The position numbers were made by a program, and so were the translations under genes. Under the pieces are notes generated by a model. The model made no database searches. It saw only the letters and a list, made by a program, of their open reading frames with translations, and was not told the DNA's origin. From an uncultured Phycisphaeraceae bacterium (GTDB lineage Bacteria; Planctomycetota; Phycisphaerae; UBA1845): DNA of 64,000 nucleotides. Below are positions 8,623 through 17,530 of the stretch, in pieces (position 1 is the first letter of the stretch; each line of letters begins with the position of its first letter). The stretch is from the NCBI GenBank assembly GCA_964495075.1, contig CAZBUJ010000023.1, forward strand, positions 1,461 to 65,460, given 5' to 3'.

Positions 8623-10799
8623 TTTCTCGTCGACGCGTCTTGAAGGTCTACACCAAGGAGTTGAAGGACATTCTGCGCGATCGCCGCGCCCTGGCGGCGA
8701 TGATCGTGGTCCCGCTCGTGCTGTACCCCCTTTTGATGCTGGGTTCCGTGCAGGCGATCAGCGCCACCTTGCCCGGCGCCAAGCCGCAATCGGTGCTGAT
8801 CGGCGTCGAGACCGGCCTCCAGGCCTTGGCGGAGAACATCGTCGAATCCGACCGGCGCTGGCTTGAAAACCAGCGAGCCCGGGAAACCGCCGACGCTCCG
8901 TCCGACGCCGATTCCGCGCCGCCACCGACCGGCTCCGAGCCGGGCACGCAAAACATCAATGCATCGTTCACCGAAGTGGCGGCCGACAACATGGAGGCAG
9001 CCGTCCGTGGGCGTCTGATTCACGCGGGTCTCATCTTTCAGCAGATGGAGATGCAAAACCCCAACCTCGACCAGTGGACGGTGGAGATCATTTACGACCC
9101 GGAGGAGGTCAAGAGCCAGTCGGCCGCGCGGTGGTTGCAGGGGGTGCTCGAACGGAGTTCCGTCCGGGAAGTGGAACGCCGGATGACGGAAGTCTATCTC
9201 GTGCCGCTCCGCGCGCTGGAACCCATCGTGGTCAACGAGCGGCGGGTATCGTCGCCCGGCTCGATTCTCAGCCTCATCGTGCCGCTGATCCTGGTCCTCA
9301 TGACGATCACCGGCGCGATTTACCCGGCCATCGACCTGACGGCGGGCGAACGTGAGCGTGGCACGCTCGAGACATTGATGGTGTGCCCGGTGCCGACGTT
9401 CGAGTTGATCGTGGGCAAGTTCCTCGTGGTGACGACGGTGGCCGTGGCGGGGGCAGCGCTGAACCTGGGCAGCGTGAGCGCCACGGTCTACTTCGGTGGT
9501 CTGGAGCAGGTCCTGCACGGACAATCGGACGGCGGCGGTTTTCCGTTCTCGGCCGTCCCGGTCATTCTCCTGTCGCTCGTGCCATTCGCCATCCTGTTCT
9601 CGGCGGTGATGATGGCGGTGTGCAGCTTCGCCCGGACGTTCAAGGAAGCACAGAACTACATCACCCCGGTCATCCTGTCGACGCTGATTCCGGGCGGCAT
9701 CGCCGCGTTGCCGACCAGCGAGTTGGACGGCGTCTTCACGGTGATCCCGGTGGCCAACATGGTGCTGCTGACCCGCGAATTGCTGCTCGGCTCGGCGGTG
9801 CCGCCGGCCACCCTGGCGTGGGTGCTGGCGTCGACGACGCTGTACGCGGGGGCGGCGGTCGCGGTGGCCGCCCGGGTGTACGGGGTCGAGTCGGTGGTCT
9901 TCGCCGATTCCGGGTCCATGCGCGCCTCGCTCTCCCGTCGCGTCCTTCGGCCGTCGGCCGTGCCGTCCGCGGCGGTGGGTATTCTGTTGATGGCGCTGCT
10001 GTTCCCCGTCTGGTACTTCATGGAGATTCACATCCAGACAACCTATTCGGAATCGCTCGCCGGCGCGCTGCGTGCCTCCGCGGCGGCCATGCCGCTGTTC
10101 TTCGTCGCGGTGCCGCTGGCGGTGATGGCCTATAGGAAGATCAACGTGGTCCACACGCTCCGGCTCATGCTGCCGTCGATTCCGCACCTGGTGGGCGGCA
10201 TCGTGCTGGGGCTGGCGCTGTGGGTGCCCGCCGCCGAGATCTCCGCGCTGCAGACGCACTGGTTCGGCGCGCCGGCGGAGCTGGCGGCGAAGAACGAAGC
10301 GCTGCTGGGTTCCGTGCGGGCCCTGCCGTGGTGGCAGGTCATCGTGTACATCGGCGTCGTTCCGGGGATCTGCGAGGAACTCGCATTCCGCGGTTTTCTG
10401 CTGAGCAGCCTCGGGGCATGCATGCGGAAGTGGACGGCGATCATCATCACGGCCGGCGTGTTCGCCGTCTTTCATTTCTTCTTCTTCAAGATCCCGGTCA
10501 CCGCCGCCCTGGGCATCGTGCTGGGTTATGTGTGCTGGCAGTCTCGGTCGATCCTGCCCGGCGTTATCGCCCACACCATGCACAACAGCATCCTGATGCT
10601 CCTCGCGGTTGACCCCGACGTGGCCACGCGGATCGGGCTCAACACGACCGATCCCGCCGCCCACCTGCCGGTGAGTATCCTCGTCCCGGGGCTGGCGGCG
10701 GTAGGCATCGGGCTGGCCCTGTTGACCGTGCCGCGGCGTGGGGATCGCACGCCGCCGCGGGCGGGCGACGCGGGCGACGGGGCCACGGCGACCTCGTAG
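8619..10799 (+). CDS. ABC-2 type permease fused to CPBP (CAAX-like) intramembrane protease
   Basis: 726 aa and multi-TM. The C-terminal third carries CPBP motifs: ICEELAFRGFLL, FAVFHFFFF, AHTMHNS. Confidence 0.85.
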   Translation: MISRRRVLKVYTKELKDILRDRRALAAMIVVPLVLYPLLMLGSVQAISATLPGAKPQSVLIGVETGLQALAENIVESDRRWLENQRARETADAPSDADSAPPPTGSEPGTQNINASFTEVAADNMEAAVRGRLIHAGLIFQQMEMQNPNLDQWTVEIIYDPEEVKSQSAARWLQGVLERSSVREVERRMTEVYLVPLRALEPIVVNERRVSSPGSILSLIVPLILVLMTITGAIYPAIDLTAGERERGTLETLMVCPVPTFELIVGKFLVVTTVAVAGAALNLGSVSATVYFGGLEQVLHGQSDGGGFPFSAVPVILLSLVPFAILFSAVMMAVCSFARTFKEAQNYITPVILSTLIPGGIAALPTSELDGVFTVIPVANMVLLTRELLLGSAVPPATLAWVLASTTLYAGAAVAVAARVYGVESVVFADSGSMRASLSRRVLRPSAVPSAAVGILLMALLFPVWYFMEIHIQTTYSESLAGALRASAAAMPLFFVAVPLAVMAYRKINVVHTLRLMLPSIPHLVGGIVLGLALWVPAAEISALQTHWFGAPAELAAKNEALLGSVRALPWWQVIVYIGVVPGICEELAFRGFLLSSLGACMRKWTAIIITAGVFAVFHFFFFKIPVTAALGIVLGYVCWQSRSILPGVIAHTMHNSILMLLAVDPDVATRIGLNTTDPAAHLPVSILVPGLAAVGIGLALLTVPRRGDRTPPRAGDAGDGATATS

Positions 10800-10825
10800 C
10801 GTCCCGCAGAGATACGGCACGCGGA

Positions 10826-11977
10826 TCAGGATTCGAACGGCTGGGTGGCGGGCGGTGAGCCCGGGGTCGCGGGCCGGGTGGTCGTGGGGGTTTCGGTGGT
10901 CGTGGTTCTCTCCGTCGCCGTCCCGGGGATCGCGGGGATAGTGACAAGCAGTGGCACGGCTTGCGCCATTCGCAGTACGGTGCAGGGCTGCCCGTTCTCG
11001 CAGGCGTCGGTCCGGACCTGCTTCAGGGTGGTCAAGCACCATTCGCGCTCCGCGCTCGGTGTCTCGCCCTGCGCTTCACACCAGGCTTGGAGCACGTGGA
11101 CTCGGACGGCCACCGTGGCCCGCCTGGCCGTCTGCCGGGTGTCCGGCTCGACGAACCAGTCATCGCACATCCGGTCGATCTCCAGCAGCAATGCTTCGGC
11201 GGCGGCATACCCACCGCGATCGGCGATGCAGCGACAGCGGTAGAGCCGGCTGTAGAAGTCGAAGCGCAACCCGCCGGGCGACAGCGGGGCAAGCGGATGG
11301 GCCAGCAGGGCGAGGGCCCGGTCGCGCCACCCCGTCTCGTTGAACAGCGCGGCCCGCCACAGCCGCGCCGCGGCGGCAACGTCCGACCGCTCGTCCTCCA
11401 GCAACAGCGCGAGTCGGGCCGCGGCCGCTCCGGGGTCCACGTCCGGGCCGTCGGACGACGCACCGATCAGGACGACCTGCATAGCGTCGGCCAGCACGTC
11501 GAGCGTTTCTCCCAGGGTCGTCACGGCAGCGAGTTCATCCGGTGACGCGGGCTGACTCGTTGCGGCCATTCGCTGCCGCGCCGCGCGGGCCTGTTGCAGT
11601 TGCCGGCGGGCCTGGCGCAGCGCCGCGCGGGCCCGATCGCCATCGTCGGTGGCGGTCAGCCCGAGAAACCAACGCGTGGCCACGGGCTCGAGCTGATACG
11701 CGAGAATCCAATTGGCGGCGGCAAGACGATAGGGGATGGCCTGCTCGTCGTTCAGCCGATCCGCTTGGTCGGCCAGGTCAACGGCATGTTGGTCGATGCA
11801 GCGTGGATAGGTCGGACCTTCGACACACGGGCCGGCCGCCGGCGGCGCGCTCAGACACCATTCCCGGGCGCCGTTGGCCGATCCCCCCGCCGGTTCGACC
11901 CCCGCTTCCGCACCGTCCGGACGGCAGGGAGCCGTGGCAAAGGTGACGAGCAACACAGTGACATTGGCCCAGACCAT
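10826..11977 (-). CDS. hypothetical secreted protein with Pro/Thr-rich C-terminus
   Basis: ORF track 10826..12778, trimmed to ATG 11977 (MVWANVTVLLVTFATAPC.., signal-like). The upstream part overlaps larB on the other strand. No family recognised. Confidence 0.55.
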   Translation of the reverse strand: MVWANVTVLLVTFATAPCRPDGAEAGVEPAGGSANGAREWCLSAPPAAGPCVEGPTYPRCIDQHAVDLADQADRLNDEQAIPYRLAAANWILAYQLEPVATRWFLGLTATDDGDRARAALRQARRQLQQARAARQRMAATSQPASPDELAAVTTLGETLDVLADAMQVVLIGASSDGPDVDPGAAAARLALLLEDERSDVAAAARLWRAALFNETGWRDRALALLAHPLAPLSPGGLRFDFYSRLYRCRCIADRGGYAAAEALLLEIDRMCDDWFVEPDTRQTARRATVAVRVHVLQAWCEAQGETPSAEREWCLTTLKQVRTDACENGQPCTVLRMAQAVPLLVTIPAIPGTATERTTTTETPTTTRPATPGSPPATQPFES

Positions 11978-12145
11978 CAAACCACTCCGACTGTATTCTC
12001 GCTGCGCCCGACGCCACTCTCGCCGTCCCGCGGCGAGCACTGCCGGGTAGGATACGGGCTGGCCGACAACGCCGTCAATGCGGCGGGTCGACGTCGCCCA
12101 CCCGTTCTTGCCGAGCGGTCGCCGTCCGCCTACACTTTTCTGGCG

Positions 12146-12904
12146 ATGAATGAAGACACCCTTCGGGAGTTGCTGGTTTCGTTGGGGCGCGGTGACGTCA
12201 CCGTCGACGACGTTCTCGTGCGGTTGCGCGCGTTGCCCTTTGAGGACCTTGGCTTCGCCAAAGTGGATCATCACCGCGCCATCCGGTGTGGGTTTCCGGA
12301 AGTCATCTATGCGGAAGGCAAGACCACCGACCAGGTTGTGGCCATCGTCGGCAGGCGCCTCGAGCCGGGCGGCAACCTGCTCGCCACTCGGGCCTCGGCC
12401 GAGGTGTACGATGCGGTGGCCACACGTTTCCCCGCCGCGGAGTACCACGCCGCGGCCCGGGCCATCACCGTCCGCCAGCAGCCCCCGCAATGGTCCGAGG
12501 GCACGATCGTGATCGCGGTGGCCGGTACAAGCGACTTGCCAGTGGCGGAAGAGGCGCGGGTGACGGCGGAGATCATGGACCAGCGGGTGAAGATGGTGAC
12601 CGACGTCGGTGTGGCCGGCATTCATCGACTGCTCGCTCACGCGGAGGTCTTGCAGTCGGCTAACGTGGCCGTCGTGGTGGCCGGCATGGAGGGGGCGTTG
12701 CCGAGCGTGGTGGGCGGCCTGGTGGACTGCCCCGTGATCGCGGTTCCGACGAGCGTCGGGTACGGCGCGAGTTTTCAAGGTTTGACGGCCTTGTTGGCGA
12801 TGTTGAATAGTTGTGCGTCCGGCGTGTCGGTGGTGAACATCGACAGCGGCTTCGCGGGCGGGTACAACGCCGCGTTGATCAACCGGCGTGCGGGCGCCCG
12901 GTGA
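12146..12904 (+). CDS. larB: nickel-pincer cofactor biosynthesis protein LarB (PurE-like NaAD carboxylase/hydrolase)
   Basis: ORF track 11594..12904, trimmed to ATG 12146 (MNEDTLRELLVSLGRGDVTVDDV..). Motifs GFPEVIYAEGKT, IAVAGTSDLPVAEEA, VVVAGMEGALPSVVGG. Confidence 0.85.
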   Translation: MNEDTLRELLVSLGRGDVTVDDVLVRLRALPFEDLGFAKVDHHRAIRCGFPEVIYAEGKTTDQVVAIVGRRLEPGGNLLATRASAEVYDAVATRFPAAEYHAAARAITVRQQPPQWSEGTIVIAVAGTSDLPVAEEARVTAEIMDQRVKMVTDVGVAGIHRLLAHAEVLQSANVAVVVAGMEGALPSVVGGLVDCPVIAVPTSVGYGASFQGLTALLAMLNSCASGVSVVNIDSGFAGGYNAALINRRAGAR

Positions 12905-12947
12905 TAGCTCTTCGAACCCGGCGGCGGTCTACCGAAGTGCAAGGCCC

Positions 12948-13823
12948 ATGGGTGACGAAATCACAATCGTGACACGGATTCCCTCGCTGCCCGAGCGCGC
13001 GGATGACGCGCACAAAGGTGACGTGGGGCGTGTCATGATTATCGGCGGTCGTCTGGACGACGTCGGGATGGTGGGAGCCCCTGCCCTGGCCGCCAATGCC
13101 GCGCTCCGGTGCGGCGCCGGACTGGTGCAGATCGTGACGGCCCGGGCGGCCCTGCCCACCGTCGGTCTGCTCGCCCCGTGCGCCACGTCGCGGGCTTTGC
13201 CGGATGACCCATCGATATCGCTCGCCTCACAAGCGGTGCAGTTCGGGGCGGACGTGGTGGCCATCGGCCCCGGCCTCGATCCCAGCATCGACGGTGATCG
13301 GATGAACGATCTCGTGCGCAGCTTCTCGGGCGGGATCGTGATCGATGCGGACGGACTGAACCTGCTGGCGTCGATGGGCGGCTGGGAGGCGGCGTGGCCG
13401 CACCAGATCGTCTTGACCCCTCATCCGGGCGAGATGCGCCGTTTGCTGGACGGGTGGAAGATTGAGACGTGGGCGGACGACCGCCAGCATATCGCGCTCC
13501 GCCTGGCCCAGACGACGGACGCCGTGGTGGTTTTGAAAGGCGCGGGCACCGTGGTGACCGATGGAAGTCGGCTCTACGTGAACCAGACCGGCAATTCCGG
13601 CATGGCCACCGCCGGCTCGGGCGACGTATTGACGGGGATCATCGCGTCGTTCCTCGGTCAGCAGATGCTTCCGTTCGAAGCGGCGGTGCTGGGCACCTAC
13701 GTCCACGGCCTGGCCGGAGACATTGTGTCGGAGGAAATCGGCCGGCTTTCGCTGACCGCCACCGACCTGATCGAGTTCCTTCCCGACGCGTTGTGCGACG
13801 TGGCATCCGACGCCGGCGACTGA
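12948..13823 (+). CDS. nnrD: ADP-dependent NAD(P)H-hydrate dehydratase
   Basis: ORF track 12888..13823; ATG 12948 preferred. Motifs HKGDVGRVMIIGG and GSGDVLTGII are typical of the YjeF C-terminal domain. Confidence 0.88.
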   Translation: MGDEITIVTRIPSLPERADDAHKGDVGRVMIIGGRLDDVGMVGAPALAANAALRCGAGLVQIVTARAALPTVGLLAPCATSRALPDDPSISLASQAVQFGADVVAIGPGLDPSIDGDRMNDLVRSFSGGIVIDADGLNLLASMGGWEAAWPHQIVLTPHPGEMRRLLDGWKIETWADDRQHIALRLAQTTDAVVVLKGAGTVVTDGSRLYVNQTGNSGMATAGSGDVLTGIIASFLGQQMLPFEAAVLGTYVHGLAGDIVSEEIGRLSLTATDLIEFLPDALCDVASDAGD

Positions 13824-14337
13824 CACCGCTGGCCGCCCACGCGGGGGCCGCTTGCCCGCCGCGGCGGACTTCGGCCATCCCCCCCTTGCCGATTTCCCGG
13901 AGGGCGGACGCTCGTTTCTGTGCAGAATAAGTGACAGGCTGTGGCATTTCCTTCACGCCGACCTTCGATGGTCGTCGTTCCAAAACGGAGCCGCCACGCC
14001 CGAAAAGAATCGTTCCGCGCGTGTGCGGCCGCGCGTCGCCCGCATCGCGGGTCCGATAACCTGGAATCCGGTTCCAATTGCAGTGAATTTACTTATCGCC
14101 ACCGATTATTCCCGCCGATATTAGGCGCGTCATTGGCAGAGGGCGGTGCGAAGGGCGGAAGCGTTCTTGGCGCCGCACTTTTTGTTGTCGTGGGAGATCT
14201 GAAGAGGTCTTGGCGAGGCGCGACCGAGTGTAGCGGAATTCTCGTTTTGGCGCGGACCGTCGGTCCACATTCGCCGATTCACTTCGAGGCCATGGCTGGA
14301 GGCACCCGATATGGATTCGCAACGCCCATTGTGCAGT

Positions 14338-15843
14338 ATGGTACGAATGCTGGCTCTGACGGCCGCGCTTGCCCTGTTCGTGAGCACTGCGTCAGCCCAG
14401 GACAAGGGCTCGCCGCCAACGGGTTCGCCGACGGAAGCGGGGGCCGCGGAACCGACCCAGACGGCCCCGGCCGAGGTCGCCCCGACGCCGGCGGAACAGA
14501 ACATCATCGAGAAGGTCTACTGCTCCAAGTGCGGGGTGGAGATCCTGCCCCAAACCGGGGTGGATGCTGACGCGGACGGCAATCCGATCTGCCCGGCCTG
14601 CGCCGCGGCGGTGGCCGCGGTGCCCAAGACGCAGCCCTATGATATCCGGACCACCAAGAAACTGACCGGCGACTGGTTCGGCGCCCGCACGGCGGCGGAA
14701 GACGTCGGCATCTCGTTCAACCCGCTGTTCGTGGGCACGTGGCAGATGAACTTCCGCGGCGGTGTGAACACGCACAATGCCCACGAGACGGCCGGCAAGG
14801 CGTTCTGGAACCTGGAGTTCGATTTCGAGAAGATGCTGGGAATCCCCGGGGCGTCGATGTTCGTCCGGGGTATCCAGGCGTGGAACCGGGGTGTGCAGCC
14901 CGACGTCGGCTCGCTCACGCCGCCGTTCTACAGCGCGGGTTCGACAGGTGACCGGGCCATCGAATTGGACAAATACTGGTGGCGCCAGCGGCTGTTTGAC
15001 GACCGCCTCGAATTCCGCCTCGGTAAGCTTCTGAATACCATCGACCTGTTCGACCGCAACGCGTTCGCGCTGTCGTACTCGACTCAGTTCTCGAACCGTG
15101 TGTTCGTGCACAACATGACGCTCCCCTCCGCCAAGGGTCTGGGGGCGTTCCTGCGGGTGTGGCCAGCCGACTGGCTGTACGTCCAGGGCGCGGTGATTGA
15201 CGCGGAGGCGATCAACGCGCCGAGCCGGCATGGGACCGGCAGTTGGGACACCGCGTTCAGCGACGCCTGCCATTGGATGACGTTCTGGGAATTCGGTCTC
15301 ACGCCGAAGTTCGACCTGGGCAATTGCAACTGCCTGCCGGGTAACTACCGGTTCGGCGGCTGGTACGACCCGCGGCAAAAGAACGTGTGGCGCAACGTCC
15401 TGGGCGGCCTGCTGTATCAGCCGACGGACAACGGCGACTACGGCTTCTACATGAACTTCGACCAGGTCGTGTTCAAGGAGAACCCGAGCGACGCGAAGGA
15501 CAAGCAGGGGCTCGGCTTGTTCGCCCGCTACGGCTTCGCCCACGACGACGTGAACCGAATCGCGCATTTCTGGTCGTGCGGTGCCTCGTACCTGGGCCTG
15601 ATCCCGACGCGTGACGGGGACACGTTGGGCTTCGGTGTCGCGCAGAGCATTCTGTCCAGCAAATACCGTGGCGAGGTGAACGGGCTGGCCGATCGGGAGA
15701 CGGTGTACGAGTTGTACTACTCGATCAAGTTTGCTCCGTGGTGTTACTTCACCCCGGACGTCCAGATCATCACCAACCCGGGCGGCAACAAGAACGCCCC
15801 CGACTCGATCGTGGGTGGCTGCCGTTTGAAGATAACATTCTAG
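14338..15843 (+). CDS. carbohydrate-selective (OprB-family-like) porin with a Cys4 N-terminal insert
   Basis: ORF track 14311..15843. Signal peptide MVRMLALTAALALFVSTASAQ. Beta-rich body ending ..GGCRLKITF, an aromatic terminus typical of OM beta-barrels. The family call is from memory of OprB-like sequences. Confidence 0.7.
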   Translation: MVRMLALTAALALFVSTASAQDKGSPPTGSPTEAGAAEPTQTAPAEVAPTPAEQNIIEKVYCSKCGVEILPQTGVDADADGNPICPACAAAVAAVPKTQPYDIRTTKKLTGDWFGARTAAEDVGISFNPLFVGTWQMNFRGGVNTHNAHETAGKAFWNLEFDFEKMLGIPGASMFVRGIQAWNRGVQPDVGSLTPPFYSAGSTGDRAIELDKYWWRQRLFDDRLEFRLGKLLNTIDLFDRNAFALSYSTQFSNRVFVHNMTLPSAKGLGAFLRVWPADWLYVQGAVIDAEAINAPSRHGTGSWDTAFSDACHWMTFWEFGLTPKFDLGNCNCLPGNYRFGGWYDPRQKNVWRNVLGGLLYQPTDNGDYGFYMNFDQVVFKENPSDAKDKQGLGLFARYGFAHDDVNRIAHFWSCGASYLGLIPTRDGDTLGFGVAQSILSSKYRGEVNGLADRETVYELYYSIKFAPWCYFTPDVQIITNPGGNKNAPDSIVGGCRLKITF

Positions 15844-15877
15844 TGGAAACGTGTGATTGCACAGGGAGACGTCGATC

Positions 15878-16114
15878 ATGAACAAGACGGGTTTTGGACG
15901 CACCACGAAAGTCGTTACGCTGGCCACACTGCTTCTGTCCTGCAACATCCTTGGGGTTTCCTGCACGGGCCAGGACGTGATGGACAACATCGTGGCCGGC
16001 GCGTTGGGGTACGTTAAGAGCGAAACGACTTCGATCCTGAACTCGCTCATCACGGCCGACGACGTGTTGGGCAGCGACCTGTTCGGGAACGTGCTCAACA
16101 ACGACGGCGAGTGA
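15878..16114 (+). CDS. small secreted/lipoprotein-like hypothetical protein
   Basis: ATG 15878 is preceded by GGGAG. MNKTGFGRTTKVVTLATLLLSCNILG is signal/lipobox-like. No family recognised. Confidence 0.45.
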   Translation: MNKTGFGRTTKVVTLATLLLSCNILGVSCTGQDVMDNIVAGALGYVKSETTSILNSLITADDVLGSDLFGNVLNNDGE

Positions 16115-16322
16115 CCTCAGCCGGGTGCGGCGGTGTCGACATCGGCCCTGCCGCACCCGGCTTTCGCCTGATTCCCCGGACCCGGCCAAGCAGTGACGCA
16201 AGCGAATGGCTATCGGACGGAAGACGCGGTGAACCCGCCGGGACCCGTCGGCCTTCATTTGCGTCCGCTTGAGTTATATTCGACGCTTGTTCCGCACAGT
16301 CGCCGTGCGGGGCCAGCGGGGA

Positions 16323-16946
16323 ATGAGGCGAGCTTCCGTCCTGTCGTTGATGTTGTTGTTGTCCGGTTGCCAGGGGACGTCGCTGTGTTTGCTGGACCGA
16401 TGTCCGCAATCGCCCGAGTCCGAAGCGCTGGCCGGCGCCAAGGCGGCTCCGGCCCTGGAAGCGCGGTACGGCGGCGTGATCCGCGATGCCGACGTCGAGG
16501 CTCGGTTGGAGCGCGTCGGCCGGCGGGTGACGCAAGCCACGCCGGTCCTGTCGGGCATTTACCACTATCGATTGCTCGATACGGACCGACTGAACGCCTG
16601 CTCGCTGCCCGGCGGCCGAGTTTATCTGACCCGCGGGTTGTACGAGCGGCTTACGTCCGATGATCAGGTAGCCGCCGTGATCGCCCACGAAGCGGCCCAC
16701 ATCGCGGCGAAGGATCACTTCAAGCCGCGATGCGGATGCACGGATGACGCGGTCAACCGCGAGATCCTGGCCGACGTACACGGCGTCGTATACCTTCAGC
16801 ATGCGGGGATGGATCCCCGAGCGATGATCGAGGTGGTGAAGTTGATCAGTGAAGTGCAGCCGGCTGGATGGTCCGATACGCGCGTCCAGGCATTGACGCG
16901 ACAACTCGATCGGGCCGATAAGTGCAGAGCCTTGGCACAACGTTGA
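16323..16946 (+). CDS. M48-family zinc metalloprotease lipoprotein
   Basis: ORF track 16269..16946; ATG 16323 gives MRRASVLSLMLLLSGCQG (lipobox). HEXXH present as AHEAAHIAAKDH. Confidence 0.8.
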   Translation: MRRASVLSLMLLLSGCQGTSLCLLDRCPQSPESEALAGAKAAPALEARYGGVIRDADVEARLERVGRRVTQATPVLSGIYHYRLLDTDRLNACSLPGGRVYLTRGLYERLTSDDQVAAVIAHEAAHIAAKDHFKPRCGCTDDAVNREILADVHGVVYLQHAGMDPRAMIEVVKLISEVQPAGWSDTRVQALTRQLDRADKCRALAQR

Positions 16947-17143
16947 CACTTTCTGTGCGCCCAGCCGTATCACACGGTTGACTTGATCAGATCGCTCGGA
17001 ATATCATCGGGCGAGCGGAAGGAAGCAGCGTGACACTCGGCGTAGAGTGCCGCGTGAACCGCTCGCCCCGTGCACGTTCGCGTGCCATTCGGAGTCAACC
17101 AGCCAACCGGTGAGTGAGGAGCCCAAAGAGGGAGGCGAGTACG

Positions 17144-17299
17144 ATGTTCAAGAGAATGATGCTGTCTGCGGCCCTTTTCGTGATGGCCGTCATGTGCACG
17201 GCGTGTCAGTTGAACAACGCCGCGGAGCAGGACCTGAGCGGTCAGAACGCACACCCGCGTCATCAGACCGGGCTCGACAGCCAGGTCGGCGACCAGTAG
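17144..17299 (+). CDS. small lipoprotein-like hypothetical protein (51 aa)
   Basis: ATG 17144 is preceded by AGAGGGAGG. MFKRMMLSAALFVMAVMCTAC has a lipobox. A GC-rich hairpin follows. Confidence 0.45.
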   Translation: MFKRMMLSAALFVMAVMCTACQLNNAAEQDLSGQNAHPRHQTGLDSQVGDQ

Positions 17300-17308
17300 A
17301 ACGCGAGA

Positions 17309-17333
17309 GCCCCCGGCGGGCCCGGGGGCGTTT
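17309..17333 (+). terminator. candidate intrinsic terminator after the small lipoprotein gene
   Basis: GCCCCCGG-CGGGC-CCGGGGGC (8-bp stem) is followed by GTTT, and starts 10 nt after the stop at 17297-17299. Confidence 0.4.
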
Positions 17334-17530
17334 CCCTGCAACACGTTTACCCTGGCACGGGACCGCTCTCGTGCGGAGCGTTCGCTCGCCCGCACGGCGG
17401 CGGTCCCGGTCACTGCGCCGCCATCCCCGGGCAACCCGTCACCGCGCAACCCGTCAGTCGGCAGACCGCCACCGGGCACACCATCACGGGGTGGATCGTG
17501 CGGCCGCCCCCTCGTCGCGGCGTTACCGCA

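Noticed and set aside
8403-11042. Very long ORFs antisense to recognised genes. Examples: 8403..11042 (-) 879 aa, 14392..16101 (-), 3412..4638 (+), 40109..41428 (+), 53390..54808 (-), 24063..25691 (+), 31735..32844 (+), 47393..48532 (+), 49157..50401 (+).
   Set aside because: Their translations are Arg/Gly/Pro/His/Asp-rich low-complexity strings with no motifs. The opposite strand encodes clearly recognisable families in each case. Long stop-free antisense frames are expected in GC-rich DNA.
11978-12778. N-terminal 267 aa of minus-strand ORF 10826..12778. This stands for similar long N-terminal extensions in track ORFs 5629..6510, 34666..35835, 24258..25637, 21838..24201, 61723..63573 and 35977..36969.
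   Set aside because: The extensions overlap better-supported genes or look like non-coding translation (Arg/Pro-rich). Internal ATGs give canonical N-termini, signal peptides or overlapping stop/start junctions, so I trimmed them.
16321-16329. AATGAGGCG, identical to the inner terminus of the heptamer elements, at the M48 protease start codon.
   Set aside because: It has no adjacent AATTACT units and no inverted partner. It is simply the ATG plus its surroundings, so I treat it as a coincidental 9-mer.
16978-17007. Sigma-70-like promoter TTGACT-N18-TATCAT upstream of the small lipoprotein gene.
   Set aside because: It is a plausible match, but promoter consensus in this lineage is unknown to me and the 18-nt spacing is suboptimal. 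It is not supportable as a feature from sequence alone.
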